A DNA stretch of 64,000 nt from positions 1 to 64,000 of the forward strand of contig NIVC01001211.1 of NCBI GenBank assembly GCA_002269645.1. Direction: 5' to 3'. The first letter of the stretch is position 1, and each line of letters begins with the position of its first letter. A model generated the notes under the pieces. The model was given only the letters and a program-made list of their open reading frames with translations, did no database searches and was not told where the DNA came from. Below, piece after piece: positions 1 to 12,840 of this stretch. Source of the DNA: Macrostomum lignano (lineage: Eukaryota). The position numbers were made by a program, and so were the translations under genes.

Positions 1-756
1 GTTGACTCCTTCGACACCTGCGCTACGATGTAAGTCCAGCGATGATTGCTTTGGCTTGTAGTTTTGGATTTGATGCGTCAATTCAAGCGTAGCGTTTTTT
101 CAAATTTGAACAAAGAGTGTTTGCTTGCGAAAATGCGAATCCAATTTTAAAAATAGTCTTCGTATTCCTCGAATCGCGCAGCTGGTGACCATCAAGGACC
201 CATACCTGGTGTGCATTTCGGATCTGATTGTTAGTCTGCACTACGCCAACGAGCTGTGCGAAGACATCTACAACGCCGACAACTACTTCAACCCGTACTT
301 TATGGCCATGGCCTTCCTCAGGACGCTTACTACCTGCCCGCGGTTGACTTCCTGTGAGTTGGCCTGAATGGCTGACGGCTTGGAGCTCAGAAGTTCTGTA
401 GTTAGTCTCAGGTTGTCAGCGAATGCATGATGGATGGAATTTTAGGAAGAGAATTTTTGAAATGTTTTTACTCTCAAACAGTTCTGAATGGAGCAGTTTT
501 TTTCTTTTAGGATTCAGAGAAGCAAAGCGAACGGCGTCATGAGCATGATCACTGGCAAGTACATCCCCAGACTGCCGAGTGCGGCTCCGCCGTCAGCGCG
601 GCTGCTGAGGCTGCGGCCATCCCCCTGGAGGGCGTTGGCGGTGCCTACATCGTCAGTCTAGCATTCTACGTGTGCGGCGCGCGCGTCATCCTGCTCGTGG
701 AGCTTTTCTGGGTGTTCAAACTAAGGAACGAGCCGCTGGATTTTCCGGGTTTTTAA
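1..756 (+). CDS. iGluR/IR-like receptor copy 0, 3' part only (S2 lobe, M4, short tail); three apparent -1 frameshifts
   Basis: Exon pieces (VDSFDTCAT | LVTIKDPYLVCISDL...LCEDIYNADNYFNPYFMAMAF | IQRSKANGVMSMITGKY...PLEGVGGAYIV...PLDFPGF*) align with copy 1. One base is missing relative to the paralogs at ~28, ~317 and ~568. Confidence 0.88.
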
Positions 757-800
757 ACTCGACCATGGTACTTGTTGTCTTGAAGACTTTTGCAGCTGTC

Positions 801-933
801 TGACATTGGAGCAAGTGACTCAGTTGCTGACATTGGAGCAAGTGACTCAGTTGCTGACATTGGAGCAAGTGACTCAGTTGCTGACATTGGAGCAAGTGAC
901 TCAGTTGCTGACATTGGAGCAAGTGACTCAGTT
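801..933. repeat. 27-bp tandem repeat x5 just downstream of the copy 0 stop
   Basis: Unit ctgacattggagcaagtgactcagttg. Confidence 0.95.
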
Positions 934-1656
934 TTAAAAAATACGAGTAAAATACTCAGTTGAACTGCAACGATGCTCCTACCAAACTACTCCTACCGAA
1001 ATATCAATGAATTTGCTGAGCTCTTTTTATTTGATAGCAAAATCCGGTCTGACTTGATGACGGGTGCGATATGCTATTTTATCCCACGCCCCGTAGCTTT
1101 CTACATCAAATACATCAAGTGAGGGTCATCGCAAGTTTTCGTTGCTACCAAGACCGATGTTTACGAACATTTGGCAATCAACATCTGCTAATTGATAATT
1201 GGTAATTGATTTTAAAGTTCCAAGTAAACGTCCGTCCAAAGCGTGGTTTCTCAGCAGTGTAAGGTTTCAATCGGATTCAAGCATTCGATTGGTGCATTGA
1301 TTAATTATAGAATGGTCAGGCATGAAGTCTCAAATTTGAAACATGCACTGAGAGATAAAGATGCGGCGGCTGCGCATTCTCCATGCTGCAGCAGAGCTGT
1401 ACTGCTTTACCGGTATGGCATGAAGGCTGTCTTTATAGCCGATACTCGACAGCAAGCTCTGGATGCGTTCGCACAGGCTGTTACGGTATACCATGGGCGT
1501 GCGCTCACGACGCTAACTGTCCTGAGCTGATGTCGGCCAGAGACCCGGGCTGGCATATCGGCATTTGGCTGCATCTTGCGCCGACCACACCAGAAGCGCT
1601 GGAGACTCTCCTATGTGTAAGGGGCGTAGCAAGATGATCCTTCTTGCGATAACTGT

Positions 1657-2294
1657 CCTGCATCAGGTAACCGAGTGTTTGAGTGCTTGAGGCAACCCTG
1701 CATCAGGTAACCGAGTGTTTGAGTGCTTGAGGCAACCCTGCATCAGGTAACCGAGTGTTTGAGTGCTTGAGGCAACCCTGCATCCGGTAACCGAGTGTTT
1801 GAGTGCTTGAGGCAACCCTGCATCCGGTAACCGAGTGTTTGAGTGCTTGAGGCAACCCTTCATCAGGTAACCGAGCGTTTGAGTGCTTGAGGCAACCTGC
1901 ATCAGGTAACCGAGTGTTTGAGTGCTTGAGGCAACCCTGCATCAGGTAACCGAGTGTTTGAGTGCTTGAGGCAACCCTGCATCAGGTAACTGAGTGTTTG
2001 AGTGCTTGAGGCAACCCTGCATCAGGTAGCCGAGTGTTTGAGTGCTTGAGGCAACCCTGAATCAGTTAACCGAGTGTTTGAGTGCTTGAGGCAACCCTGC
2101 ATCAGGTAGCCGAGTGTTTGAGTGCTTGAGGCAACCCTGCATCCGTTAACCGAGTGTTTGAGTGCTTGAGGCAACCCTGCATCCGGTAACCGAGTGTTTG
2201 AGTGCTTGAGGCAACCTGCATCAGGTAGCCGAGTGTTTGAGTGCTTGAGGCAACCCTGCATCAGGTAGCCGAGTGTTTGAGTGCTTGAGGCAAA
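1657..2294. repeat. 40-bp minisatellite, ~16 copies
   Basis: Unit ccctgcatcaggtaaccgagtgtttgagtgcttgaggcaa. Confidence 0.97.
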
Positions 2295-3086
2295 CGGTAA
2301 ATTTTCTGGAGGACAAATTTGACGAATAAATCAAAGTTTTAATTCTAAACTGTAGGCCGTTAGATTCTGTCCCCAAGCTGCTGTAATCTCTCCTTCGTGC
2401 TCTGCTGGGGAGAATGAGCCGTCTACAGTACCTTGCTTATACTTGAATTGTTCGAGCAACCGGGCCAATCCAAGCCATTCAGTTTTGTCTGAATTTGCTT
2501 TAAAAATGCCAAGTTTTCTACAACTGCGTTGGACTTAGCTACTTTGAAGCTGTGTTGAAAAACAACAGCCTATGACTCAAATGTTAAAAATAGTTCTTTG
2601 TTTGCGATGCGAACTCCTAATAATTATAAAGCAGAAGCGTTTTCTTCTTCGATTTAGATTTTTTAGGTTAATCCCCCAGAGAAGAATTTTGACCATTGAA
2701 CGAACCGCTCAGCACTCACTGAAGTCCATCCAAGAAAATTTTCATTGTCAAACGATTTCGCTTTTGTTCGATGTATCTACATTAATTGGCGCATCGCAAA
2801 AATAACTTTTTAATGGTATTTCTTTTGGCCTTCATTTACCAGGCAGAATTCTTAGCCACACCATGACGAAACAAATCAAGAAATTTCGTTAGCAAAAGAA
2901 GCTGCTGAACAAGTCAAGATTAAAAACACAGACTGCAGGGCAGAATGGATGCGCACTATTATACCTTTTTGCTATTGAATTCGCCACTTTAGCGTTTGAT
3001 TTTGTCCATTGATCGAACATACTAATACATGGAATAAGATCGTGTGCCACTAAAAAGGGGCACTGCGTTTAATTTCAGCAGCAGTA

Positions 3087-3450
3087 GCCATGAATAGTTC
3101 CTTAGATAGCACATGAGCCATGGATAGTTCCTTAGATAGCACATGAGCCATGAATAGTTCCTTAGATAGCACATGAGCCATGAATAGTTCCTTAGATAGC
3201 ACATGAGCCATGAATAGTTCCTTAGATAGCACATGAGCCATGAATAGTTCCTTAGATAGCACATGAGCCATGAATAGTTCCTTAGATAGCACATGAGCCA
3301 TGGATAGTTCCTTAGATAGCACATGAGCCATGAATAGTTCCTTAGATAGCACATGAGCCATGGATAGTTCCTTAGATAGCACATGAGCCATGAATAGTTC
3401 CTTAGATAGCACATGAGCCATGAATAGTTCCTTAGATAGCACATGAGTCA
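3087..3450. repeat. 30-bp minisatellite x12
   Basis: Unit gccatgaatagttccttagatagcacatga. Confidence 0.97.
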
Positions 3451-4548
3451 TAGGCGAAAGTTAAGGCAGTTTTGCCGAAATCCATTTCTAGTCTCTTCAT
3501 TTCTCACATTGGTTTGCCCATAGAGAAGCCTATTTTGTTTCCCCCAAAAGCCCCATTTGAAGTTACACCCCCAGATTTGTTTCTTTGGCTTGTTCGCCTC
3601 GGCCTAGAAACGCATCCTCAGCCATTCTTTACGCCATAGACAGCAAATCTGGGGGGGGGGGGGTTTATTATATTTGAACCAAGTGTGGCTCACACTGCGG
3701 TTTAAATGAATGGCTTGACGAAGTTAGTCGCAAACGCTGATGTGACTAATTGAATCGAAAAGGGTGCATCAAAAATCTGTAATTAACCTGTAATTAAAGT
3801 AAACCTAGGTAGAAATCCGGCTTCAATAAGAATTATTCTCAACTTTAAAAGCAAAAACAGCCACAGATGAGCAATGAAGCACAATCTAGCCAAAGAATGG
3901 ATAGATTTATTTATAACCGAGCTTTATTGACGTGCGAAGGGAAAGCTGAGAAAATATTGACTTCCGGCCATTAGAAAGCTGGAGGTAGAGTCAGAAAACT
4001 TTTATAACTGATTGAGTAAAGCAAACAAGTACCTCATCATAAAAAACGGGCTAGGGCTGTGGGAGATCAATAACTATCCATCGGAAGTCTTCTTCGATTG
4101 CTATTCAACTCTCGAAGCCTCATTATCTTCACGGAAATCAGATATGAAGGTGAGCTGTGAGCAGATTATTGATCCATAGACGGAGCAGCGGCGCTAATGA
4201 CCTGCTGAATTCAATAGAAAAGCTGAGCCCAGCAGCTCGGCGTTGCGAAGCGATGTGACTTCGAGACAGGGAATATTGACTGACAGCTCAGGTTCTATGG
4301 GGCTTAGCAAAGTCTAAGTGACGAATCAATGTAAGCTTGCACCAATCCGATAATCGGGTCATTTTGATTCTCGCAAATAAGAAGCAATCAAATTTGGAAT
4401 TATCACAAACGCTTGACTCAACCGGCCACAGCTTCGCCAATCACGGATAAACATTGGCGCATATTTAAGCGAGAGGATTTTGCGGGGAGGCTGACCAAGT
4501 TTTGTTTTCCGGCTACAGAGTCCCCCGTCCTTCAGTCCAGCCAGTGAG

Positions 4549-7500
4549 ATGACCGCTTGGCACGCCAGCTTCCGAGCTGTCGCCGCGCCGCTCTGCGCTC
4601 TCCTCGCGCTGTCCACCTGCGCAGGAGCCGTCAAACTGGCGGTGGTCGCTCAGAACGGCAGCATTGGAGACTTGGCCGTGGGCCGAGCCATCGACCTGCT
4701 CATCAACAACTACTGGAAGCTGACGGCATTCAAGACAAACCCCATGACGCACGTCTTTGTTCAGGCCAGCGATGCTGTCGAGGCTATGCGAACTGGTTGG
4801 TCTTATTACTAATAAGCTTTTCAGATGAGGCGTTGTGGTTCTGTCGCTCGGATAAGGAGATAACCTTGTAGCTTATCTCCTTAATCGCTCAAATCTACAA
4901 ATCTAAATATTTACTGAGCGATTAAACTAGGCCATCAGAATATTGCTAATATCATTTCCGCTTTAAAGTCAGAGACTCCTGAGGAGAGTCAGATTTCGAT
5001 ACACATTAGAAACTAAGATGCACTACACTACCAGTTGTTTTGCACCTGCCTCGGTTTTATATCTTCAACGCATTCTTTTTCGATTCAAAACTTAACAATA
5101 CAGACAGTTTAGCTACAAGCGTAATTCAAGACACATAAGTCTAGACACTTCCATAAATGCCAGTTTAAAACATAATCCAAACCGAGCAAAACGATTTGTC
5201 ACACTACAAGTAGCATGTCTAGCAACGTACGAGTATGGTCAATAAATCTGTCACTGTCACCAAGCCACAGGCAAACAAAATTTGCATAGGTGCAGTTTTC
5301 TATGAAGACTGAAAAACAAATTCCAGTGTGCAACACACCCGGCCTGCACGGAGTAGTCGCCGTGGGCTCCTGCGCCTTCGTGACCGACGTTCTGGCCGTC
5401 TCCACCTCAATCAGCGTGCGGCAGTCGCTGTCTTTCGCGACCTCTGCTTCATCAACAATACCAATCGTAATGATATTTATCAATCTTTGTCTTTATGACA
5501 TGTGCTCCATGAAACAGTCAGTTAAAGAGTTTGCATTCCTCACAATTTTGCAGCCGTGACTCTAATCTCGAACCCGGACGTCGGAAGTTTCCTGGAAGCT
5601 GCTGCGACAATCGTGAGTCGGCTCGAGCAAAAGGCCGTCGTTGTCTTTTACGATAAGTATCAAGGTAAGTCACAAAGGTGCACGTACAGCTTTGCAGTGT
5701 GAGTCTCACAAGCTCTCTAATCTGATTGCAGATCACCGTCTTCTGGAGAAGCTGCAGCAATTGCTATCGGATAAAAGCATCCCCAGCCTGACTTTCCAAA
5801 TCGATGACTGCAAGCAACCTGACCAGCATACTGAGAAACGTCGTTTGGAAGCGTTATCGCAACACATTGGTTCTGTGCACGCCTGAAAATGTCGACGCCG
5901 TTTTACGAGAGGTGCGAATTCATAATTGTTTTTGGCACACTTTATACCTATCCTGGCATTCACTAAGAGCATGTTAATTCATTAGAGCCTTTCTCAACAC
6001 AGGCTCGGAACACGGGCACACTGAAACTCAACTACTTCTGGACAGTGATCGACACGGGAGTTCGACTTGTGTCCATCGAGGACCTGCTCCCTACAAACGA
6101 GTCTGCAAACATTCTTGTGATCCGAGAGTCGCCCATAGACTTGAAAACGGCCTCAGCCGGTTGCACCTCACAGCTCAAGGCCGTGTTTCCGGACTGCCAA
6201 ATGAGCAAATACTCGTAAGCTTTTATTTACACACTTCTGCAATAGATTCTAGGCGCTGTCACCAGCCCCAGACTCTGATCATGACTGTAGATGCTGGAGA
6301 TGAAGGCAGTAGAGGCCGTGCTGTCGTTCGCCAGCGCTACGCAGAGCCTACTGGACAGTTCCGGTCTTCCTGCCAGCAACGCGTCGTGTCGGCCGTTGCA
6401 GCCGTGGTCGGCGGGTCCCGCACTGGCTGCGCAGCTGAAGCAGGTACGGATCGTACCGAAACAGGTGCTCATGGATGATGTCCTCTTTCTCAGTCTGCTC
6501 AGTCGAAACCGTTCACCTTTGTAGCTGCGACAGCCGCTGTCAGCTGGGAGCAGCTGGACACCCAGCGACTACTTTCTGGAGGTGCAGGCGACGTTCCACG
6601 ACGAGTTCTCCGACCCGGTCCGGTTCGTCAACAGCGGCCGTTTCTTTGTAGGGAACGGCTCTTTAGAGGTCAGCTTCCGCTACAGAGGTCGGAGCCTAAT
6701 CTTCCCCAACACGTTTATCGACTTTAAGAACAAGACTATTCGGATTTGCGCTGTCGCGGTAGGTGGAAGAGCAAAGAAATGAAAAATTTCGGTTATCTCT
6801 TTAGTCCTAAAATAGTTTTTCATTTTCAGTCGAAGCCCTACACCATGTACTCCGGCGGGTTAGTGGGCAATGCTTCTGGCATTACAGCCGATTTGGCTGC
6901 GTTCTTTTCGAAGCATCTCAACTTTACGTACGATTGATTTACTTTAAATAAATGCTGGGGCTTTTGTCTAGACATCAAATAATTTAGTTAGAGAGTTAAA
7001 CATTAATTTTTCAGCTACTCGATCTTTACGCCACCGGACAACCAGTTTGGCGCCCCGTCTCCTGGCTCTCCGTACTTTACAGGCTGCATCGGTATGGTGC
7101 AGAAAGGCGTGAGTAGCCCAGACTAACCAATTATTTCGACAAGCTTGTCATTCTGAAATGTTCCTCAAATCACATTTAGGAGGCCGACTTCGCCACACCA
7201 TTCGCCATCACGACAATCCGATCGAAGGTGATCGACTATTCAGAAGAATTCCTTTTCTCCTCAAACACCATCCTGGTGAAAAGGCCTATGGCCGAGTCCA
7301 AGCTGTGGAATGTGTTTGCGCCGCTCTCCTGGGACTCCTGGACTCTCATTGTGGCCATGTTCCTGGCCGTACCGCTCCTTATCTACGGGTTAGCTCGGCT
7401 GAGTCCATTCACTGGCTGGAACTTGAACTTGCCCTTCGCTTTTGCTGACGAGGTCTGGCTCAAGGAGTACATCTGGTCGACAGTGGGCAGCTTCCTGCAG

Positions 7501-8882
7501 CAGGGCCAGGACTTTTATCCGTTTGCCATGAGCCCTCGGACAGTATTGGCTTTCTGGTGGATGCTCACCGTTATCATTTTTGCTACCTACACTGGTGAGT
7601 CGGCCTTCCGGTCACTGTCTCTACACTTTTGAGATGTTTTATAGACTTTCAAAATCGGAGTTTGACAATTTTTACAAGCAAGTGTGTTTTATGGCGTAGA
7701 TTAACTGCTCGAGTCAAAACTCAGGCAAAATATAATAGAACTTGCTTAGCTATTTTTTTATTGTTTCTGATTGCTTGTAACTTGCGTTTTTTGCGATCAT
7801 AAGAACCGCTCTTCGGCACTGCTCAGGGGACCTCACGGCCAAGCTGGCAGTGACTGTAGCCAAGTACCCAATCCAGAGCTTGGACGATCTCATCTCCAAA
7901 CCGCACTACAAGGCCATGCTGCCCAGAGGCACCAACATTTACGCTGCTGTGCTGAGCGCCACAGAGGGGCCGCTGCTGCAACTGCGCAAGCAATGGATGG
8001 TGGTTGACTCCTTCGACACCTGCGCTACCAATGTAATTACATATAACTGATGAGGATTAAGAGTTAGACTTAGGCAAGGAAGGTACTTGTACTCAATTTT
8101 TTCTGATCTACATTTGCAAAATATACCAACCCAACTTCAGTTGGTGAGGATGCCGGACCCATACCTGGTGTGCATATCGGACCTCAGCATCAGTTTGTTC
8201 TACGCTAACGAGCTCTGCAGTGAGATCTACAACGCAGAGAACTACTTTAACACATATTACCTGGCTATGGCCTTCCCGCAGGATGCATACTACCTGCCTG
8301 CCTTTGACTTTCTGTGAGTGGGAACGAGGGATCAGTAATGTGTGGATGCGAGCTGTGAACAAGTATCCCCATGCACTCGAAAATTACTGCAATTATTCTT
8401 TTACTCTAAATTAATAGGTCTCTTGCAAACTTTAAACCTCAAACCTCGAATTTTTAAATCATTATTTGTATCATTTAAAAATTTGAACGTACTTTATGTA
8501 CCATAAAATTGACAGTTTTGCCTGAAACAGAAGTTCTGCCTTCTAGTGAGACTGCATCTGCAAGTGCTTCGTACTGTAAATTCTACAATAATTCGTATTC
8601 GTTTTTTGCCAAGTCTCCTTTCAAACTATTCTTCTCAGGATTCAGAGAAGCAAAGCGAACGGCGTCATGAGCATGATCACTGGCAAGTACATCCCACAGA
8701 CTGCCGAGTGCGGCTCCGCCGTCAGCGCAGCTGCTGAGGCTGCGGCCATCCCCCTGGAGGGCGTTGGTGGTGCCTACATCGTCAGTCTGAGCCTCTACGT
8801 GTGCGGCGGCCTCATCCTGTTGATTGAGCTGCTCTGGGTGTTGCTGTTGAAGAAGGAGTCGCTGGATTTTCCGGGTTTTTGA
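4549..8882 (+). CDS. iGluR/IR-like receptor copy 1 (signal peptide, ATD, S1, M1-pore-M3, S2, M4), multi-exon; apparent frameshifts in the ATD
   Basis: Signal peptide MTAWHASFRAVAAPLCALLALSTCAG. S1: PPDNQFGAP...GCIGMVQKG/EADFATPFAITTIRSKVIDYS. Pore: WSTVGSFLQQG. M3: FWWMLTVIIFATYTGDLTAKL. M4: PLEGVGGAYIV. Introns are GT-AG and phase-matched to copies 2/3. Frame breaks at ~5419, ~5809 and ~6215. Confidence 0.92.
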
Positions 8883-9784
8883 TAGCTACCGTTCTATCTG
8901 CAACTCACAATAATAATAAAACAGGCTATTCATTATTGCACCTGTACCACACCTGCTTGGTAGCTTGGTAGCCATAGTAAGCAACACCCAGAACCTTAGA
9001 AGTGCCACTTTTCTCTCACAAACAACTGAAGCTTACATTTCCTTCAGAAGAATGATTTTTCAGACACAGTGAATTACAGGCATATAATACACCCGAGCAG
9101 GCATAGAAGGCAAGCAGCTATAAGAATTCTTATTAAAAGTTTTTTTGCTTCTGCTTTTTAACAGTGAAAATCAACTGCAAAATAAAAATGGGAAAAGTCT
9201 TGATTCAAGAACCTATTTTTCCTGTTGTCAATAACTTTCTTCGTCTAAATTACTTTTTGCATTCTATATTGCAAAGATACTCGCAATCACTTTCGCCGCA
9301 GGAGTTGGTACGTGTACACCCAGAAAGTTACGAAAAAGCTTCCAAAAAATCACAAAACAGTCAGAGGAAAATCTTTTTTTGACCAAGTAGCTACTTCCGC
9401 TTTATCCTGAAGGTGCTCAAACCTTGGTGAACTCTGCTTCACAATAATACATGGAAGGAAGTGCGTACAATCGAAAGATAAAAGGAAAGCCGTGGCTATG
9501 AACAATTTTCTTTACATTCTTATGAAATCCTTTGCAGCAGGCTCTGACTAATCAGAGGCTGTCGCTCGTCTGAAGAAAAATCTTCCAAGTTCAAAGAGAG
9601 CGTGAATGAGATCAAAGAGATCGCAGCGGAGAACACATTCAGCAGATACTTTGACGCTAATGCGCTCACATTAACTGCGTGGCGTCAAACTCTTGTATCA
9701 ATTCTTGCGTTGGTTTGTTACTGATTCTGAGTAGAAACTCCACTACTCTGCCCTGCGTGCGTGCGTGCTCTCTCGAGCGGAGTC

Positions 9785-10067
9785 GCTTGTCTCTGCGTGC
9801 TTGTCTCTGCGTGCTTGTCTCTGCGTGCTTGTCTCTGCGTGCTTGTCTCTGCGTGCTTGTCTCTGCGTGCTTGTCTCTGCGTGCTTGTCTCTGCGTGCTT
9901 GTCTCTGCGTGCTTGTCTCTGCGTGCTTGTCTCTGCGTGCTTGTCTCTGCGTGCTTGTCTCTGCGTGCTTGTCTCTGCGTGCTTGTCTCTGCGTGCTTGT
10001 CTCTGCGTGCTTGTCTCTGCGTGCTTGTCTCTGCGTGCTTGTCTCTGCGTGCTTGTCTCTGCGTGCT
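9785..10067. repeat. 14-bp tandem repeat x20
   Basis: Unit gcttgtctctgcgt. Confidence 0.97.
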
Positions 10068-10747
10068 ATATGATGCTTAAAACGTTATTAAACTTAAAAA
10101 GTAAAAGCCACATGATCTAGGATAATCTTTTTTTACCTTTTTATAACTGTACTACAAGTATTTTGGCAAAAGTCGTGGCGCCGTCGCCCCTTTCTTTGCG
10201 TCTCGCCTGCGTGAGCTTAAAAATATTTTCTACTTAAAGAGTTTTTCCAATTTCTAGCATCCCTGTTTGCATTCGATGCGCCAAATGTAGCTTTAATTTG
10301 AGCTGTTGCTTTTTACGGGGTTGTTTCAGGAAATCCCCTTTCGTACCAATAGTGACCTTGGATGTTACTACTAAATAAAAAACCAGCGTTCTTTAGGTTT
10401 GATGAAGGAAAAGTCCCGCGTGGACAATGAGAAACCCGATCGCTGAAGCGAACCTCATTAAATAAGATATCGAAGGTGAAGCCAGGCAATTTGAAGGTTG
10501 CCAAGCCCTGCGGTAGATTCTATTTCATAGAGATGCGGAACTCAGCTGTCCTGAGCCCCTGCTACCGCGGGTGTTTTGCCACCGGACCAACAGCACCGCG
10601 ACTAAATAGCTGTAACTGGAAACCCAATCGACTCAAGCTTGTTATCCGAAAAAGGTGAGATCTTTCTGGCTGCAAAGACAGACATCAGGATGTAGTACAG
10701 AACACATCCCATCTTATGCTGCCTTGAAAATCGCCTGATCTCGTTAG

Positions 10748-12840
10748 AACCTTTCCATTTTTACTTAATGAGACTGCAGTTGAATAACCAGCCTCTGATC
10801 GATCGGAAACATCTGATACCAAAACCGGCTCCAGTTCAGCAAGATCTCAATAAATAGCTCCAGTGTCCCACTCCGGCAGCGGCTCGCGGCTCTCACACAC
10901 GCGATCTTTAAGTCAGTCATGTGGCACGAGCTGCGAACGCTGCTGCTCCTGCTGGCCCTGCACGCCTGCAGCGGGTCATCCGTGCGCCTGGCTGTTGTGA
11001 GCGAAGCCGGAAGTCTCGCGGACAGTTCGGTCATCACCACAGCGGTGGACAAGCTGGTCAACGGAAACTGGAGGTATCCGGCATTCAAGACCAGTCCGAT
11101 GTCGCTGGAGCTGCTGCCGACTGCGGACTCAGTGGAGGCTGCGCAGAGAGGTAAAAACAGCTTGCGATACAAATGTATTGTAGAATTCTAAGAAAGAAAA
11201 TTATGTACTCGTACTTTGGTGACAATCAATAGCTAGCTGATTAGGTTCAACGACGACTTGCTTGCTTACCCGGAAAATCTCTTCTGAAACTTCAGTGTGT
11301 CGATCGACAGGTCTCAACGGCTTGGTCGTCGTCGGCTCTTGTCAGTTCGTCTCGGATGTGCTCAAAATCTCTGGCTCCCTACAATTACCGACAGTCGCAG
11401 TTCTCAGAGGCCTTTGTCGGCTACCCAGTGTGCCAGGTAAAACCCTTATTACCACAACCTATCTACTGACGCACACTTGCTTACATCACAGACAAGAATG
11501 AATCGCATGTCTTTACAGACTCAGCGATCGTGTCGAGTCCACTGGCGACCGACTTCTTGAGGGCGACCGCAGAAGCAATGGACCGAGTCTCCGCTAATCT
11601 GGTCGCTGTCCTTCACGACAGACAACAGGGTGCGCATGGCTTCCTCAAGACTACTGCTCCATCTGTAAGTTGACAGCAATGCCTTCCTCAACCATGGTGG
11701 CCAACACTCGTCATTGCAGACCACTTGCTGCTTGAGCAGCTTCAGCAACTGCTCTCGGAGAAGAGAATCGCCAGCGTGATGTTTCAGTTCGACGAATCGG
11801 CCACCAATTTGACACAAATCCTGCAAAACAGCGTCAAGGCTCAGATTCGATACTGTGTGGTCGTCTGCGAGCCCGACAAGATCCCACTCGTCTTCGAGCA
11901 GGTGAGCTCAGGTACAAATTCTTTCGCGCAATCGATTAGGGCTTAATATCATTTGGTTGTCATTCCAGGCTCGGAACACAGCCACACTGCAGATCAACTA
12001 CTTCTGGACTGTGATTGACACAGGAATTTCGCCAAGAACTATCGAGACTCTGATCCCCGCGAATGAGTCTGCGAACATCCTCTTGATCCGTGAGTCGGCA
12101 GTTCTTCTCAAAGAAATGGACTGCTCTGTAGATCTCGGAGTCGTGTATCCGGACTGCCAGTTCAGCAAGCGTTCGGTGAGGAACTCGTTCCCTGCAAACT
12201 TCTTCTGCGATGGAGCTTAGGCGCTGGCGATCTATCTGCAGTAGACCCTGAATATCCCTCAGATGCTGGAGCTGAAGGCGTTGGAGGCCGTGCTGTCATT
12301 CGCCAGAGCTACACAGAGCCTGCTGGACAGCTCCGACCTCGGCCTGACCGCCAGCAACGCGTCGTGTCGGCCGCTGCAGCCGTGGTCGGCGGGTCCCGCA
12401 GTGGCTGCGCAGCTGAAGCAGGTTGGAGTTCAGTTGCCTGTCTGACTCAGATTCTTAGCGACATGTGCGATTTGTGGTTGAGTTTGCTTTACACCGGCAT
12501 ACTTAATAGCTGAATCAGAGAACAGAAAGCAAAGCTTAATTGCCCTAATAGAAGCACGGCTTCTTGTAATTAATGCTTAACCCCATATTTCCTGGCATGC
12601 CTCATAGCAGCGGCTCAGCCCAGCCAACGGAAGTGCGGGGCACCGGAGCGACTACTTCCTGGAGATGCTGGGCCTGCTCAGCAACCCGGACGCAGTCGCG
12701 GAACTCGTGCCAAGCGGCCGGTTTATCGTCGAGAACGGCAGCCTTGTAGTGACCTTCGAGTACAAGGAGCGCGAGCTGCTGTTTCCCAACACCTTCGTGG
12801 ACTTCAAGGGAGCTCGACTGCGGGTCTGCGCGCCGCCGGT
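10748..12840 (+). other. ~2.1 kb duplicated block (upstream flank plus ATD exons and introns), near-identical to 24126-26208
   Basis: Shared sequence from aacctttccatttttac to gcgccgccg|gt, with only scattered SNPs and small indels. Confidence 0.95.

Noticed and set aside
3568-3655. Mini inverted repeat (cccccagatttg...caaatctggggg)
   Set aside because: 12-bp arms adjoining a poly-G run, single copy here, and no TSD; too weak to call a MITE.
9000-9700. Possible transposase or spliced pseudogene remnant
   Set aside because: Only short, broken, coding-like stretches with no identifiable family motif.
10313-10570. Tyrosine-recombinase-like GLRTAE motif on the minus strand
   Set aside because: Only a single short motif, interrupted by a stop, with no other catalytic boxes.
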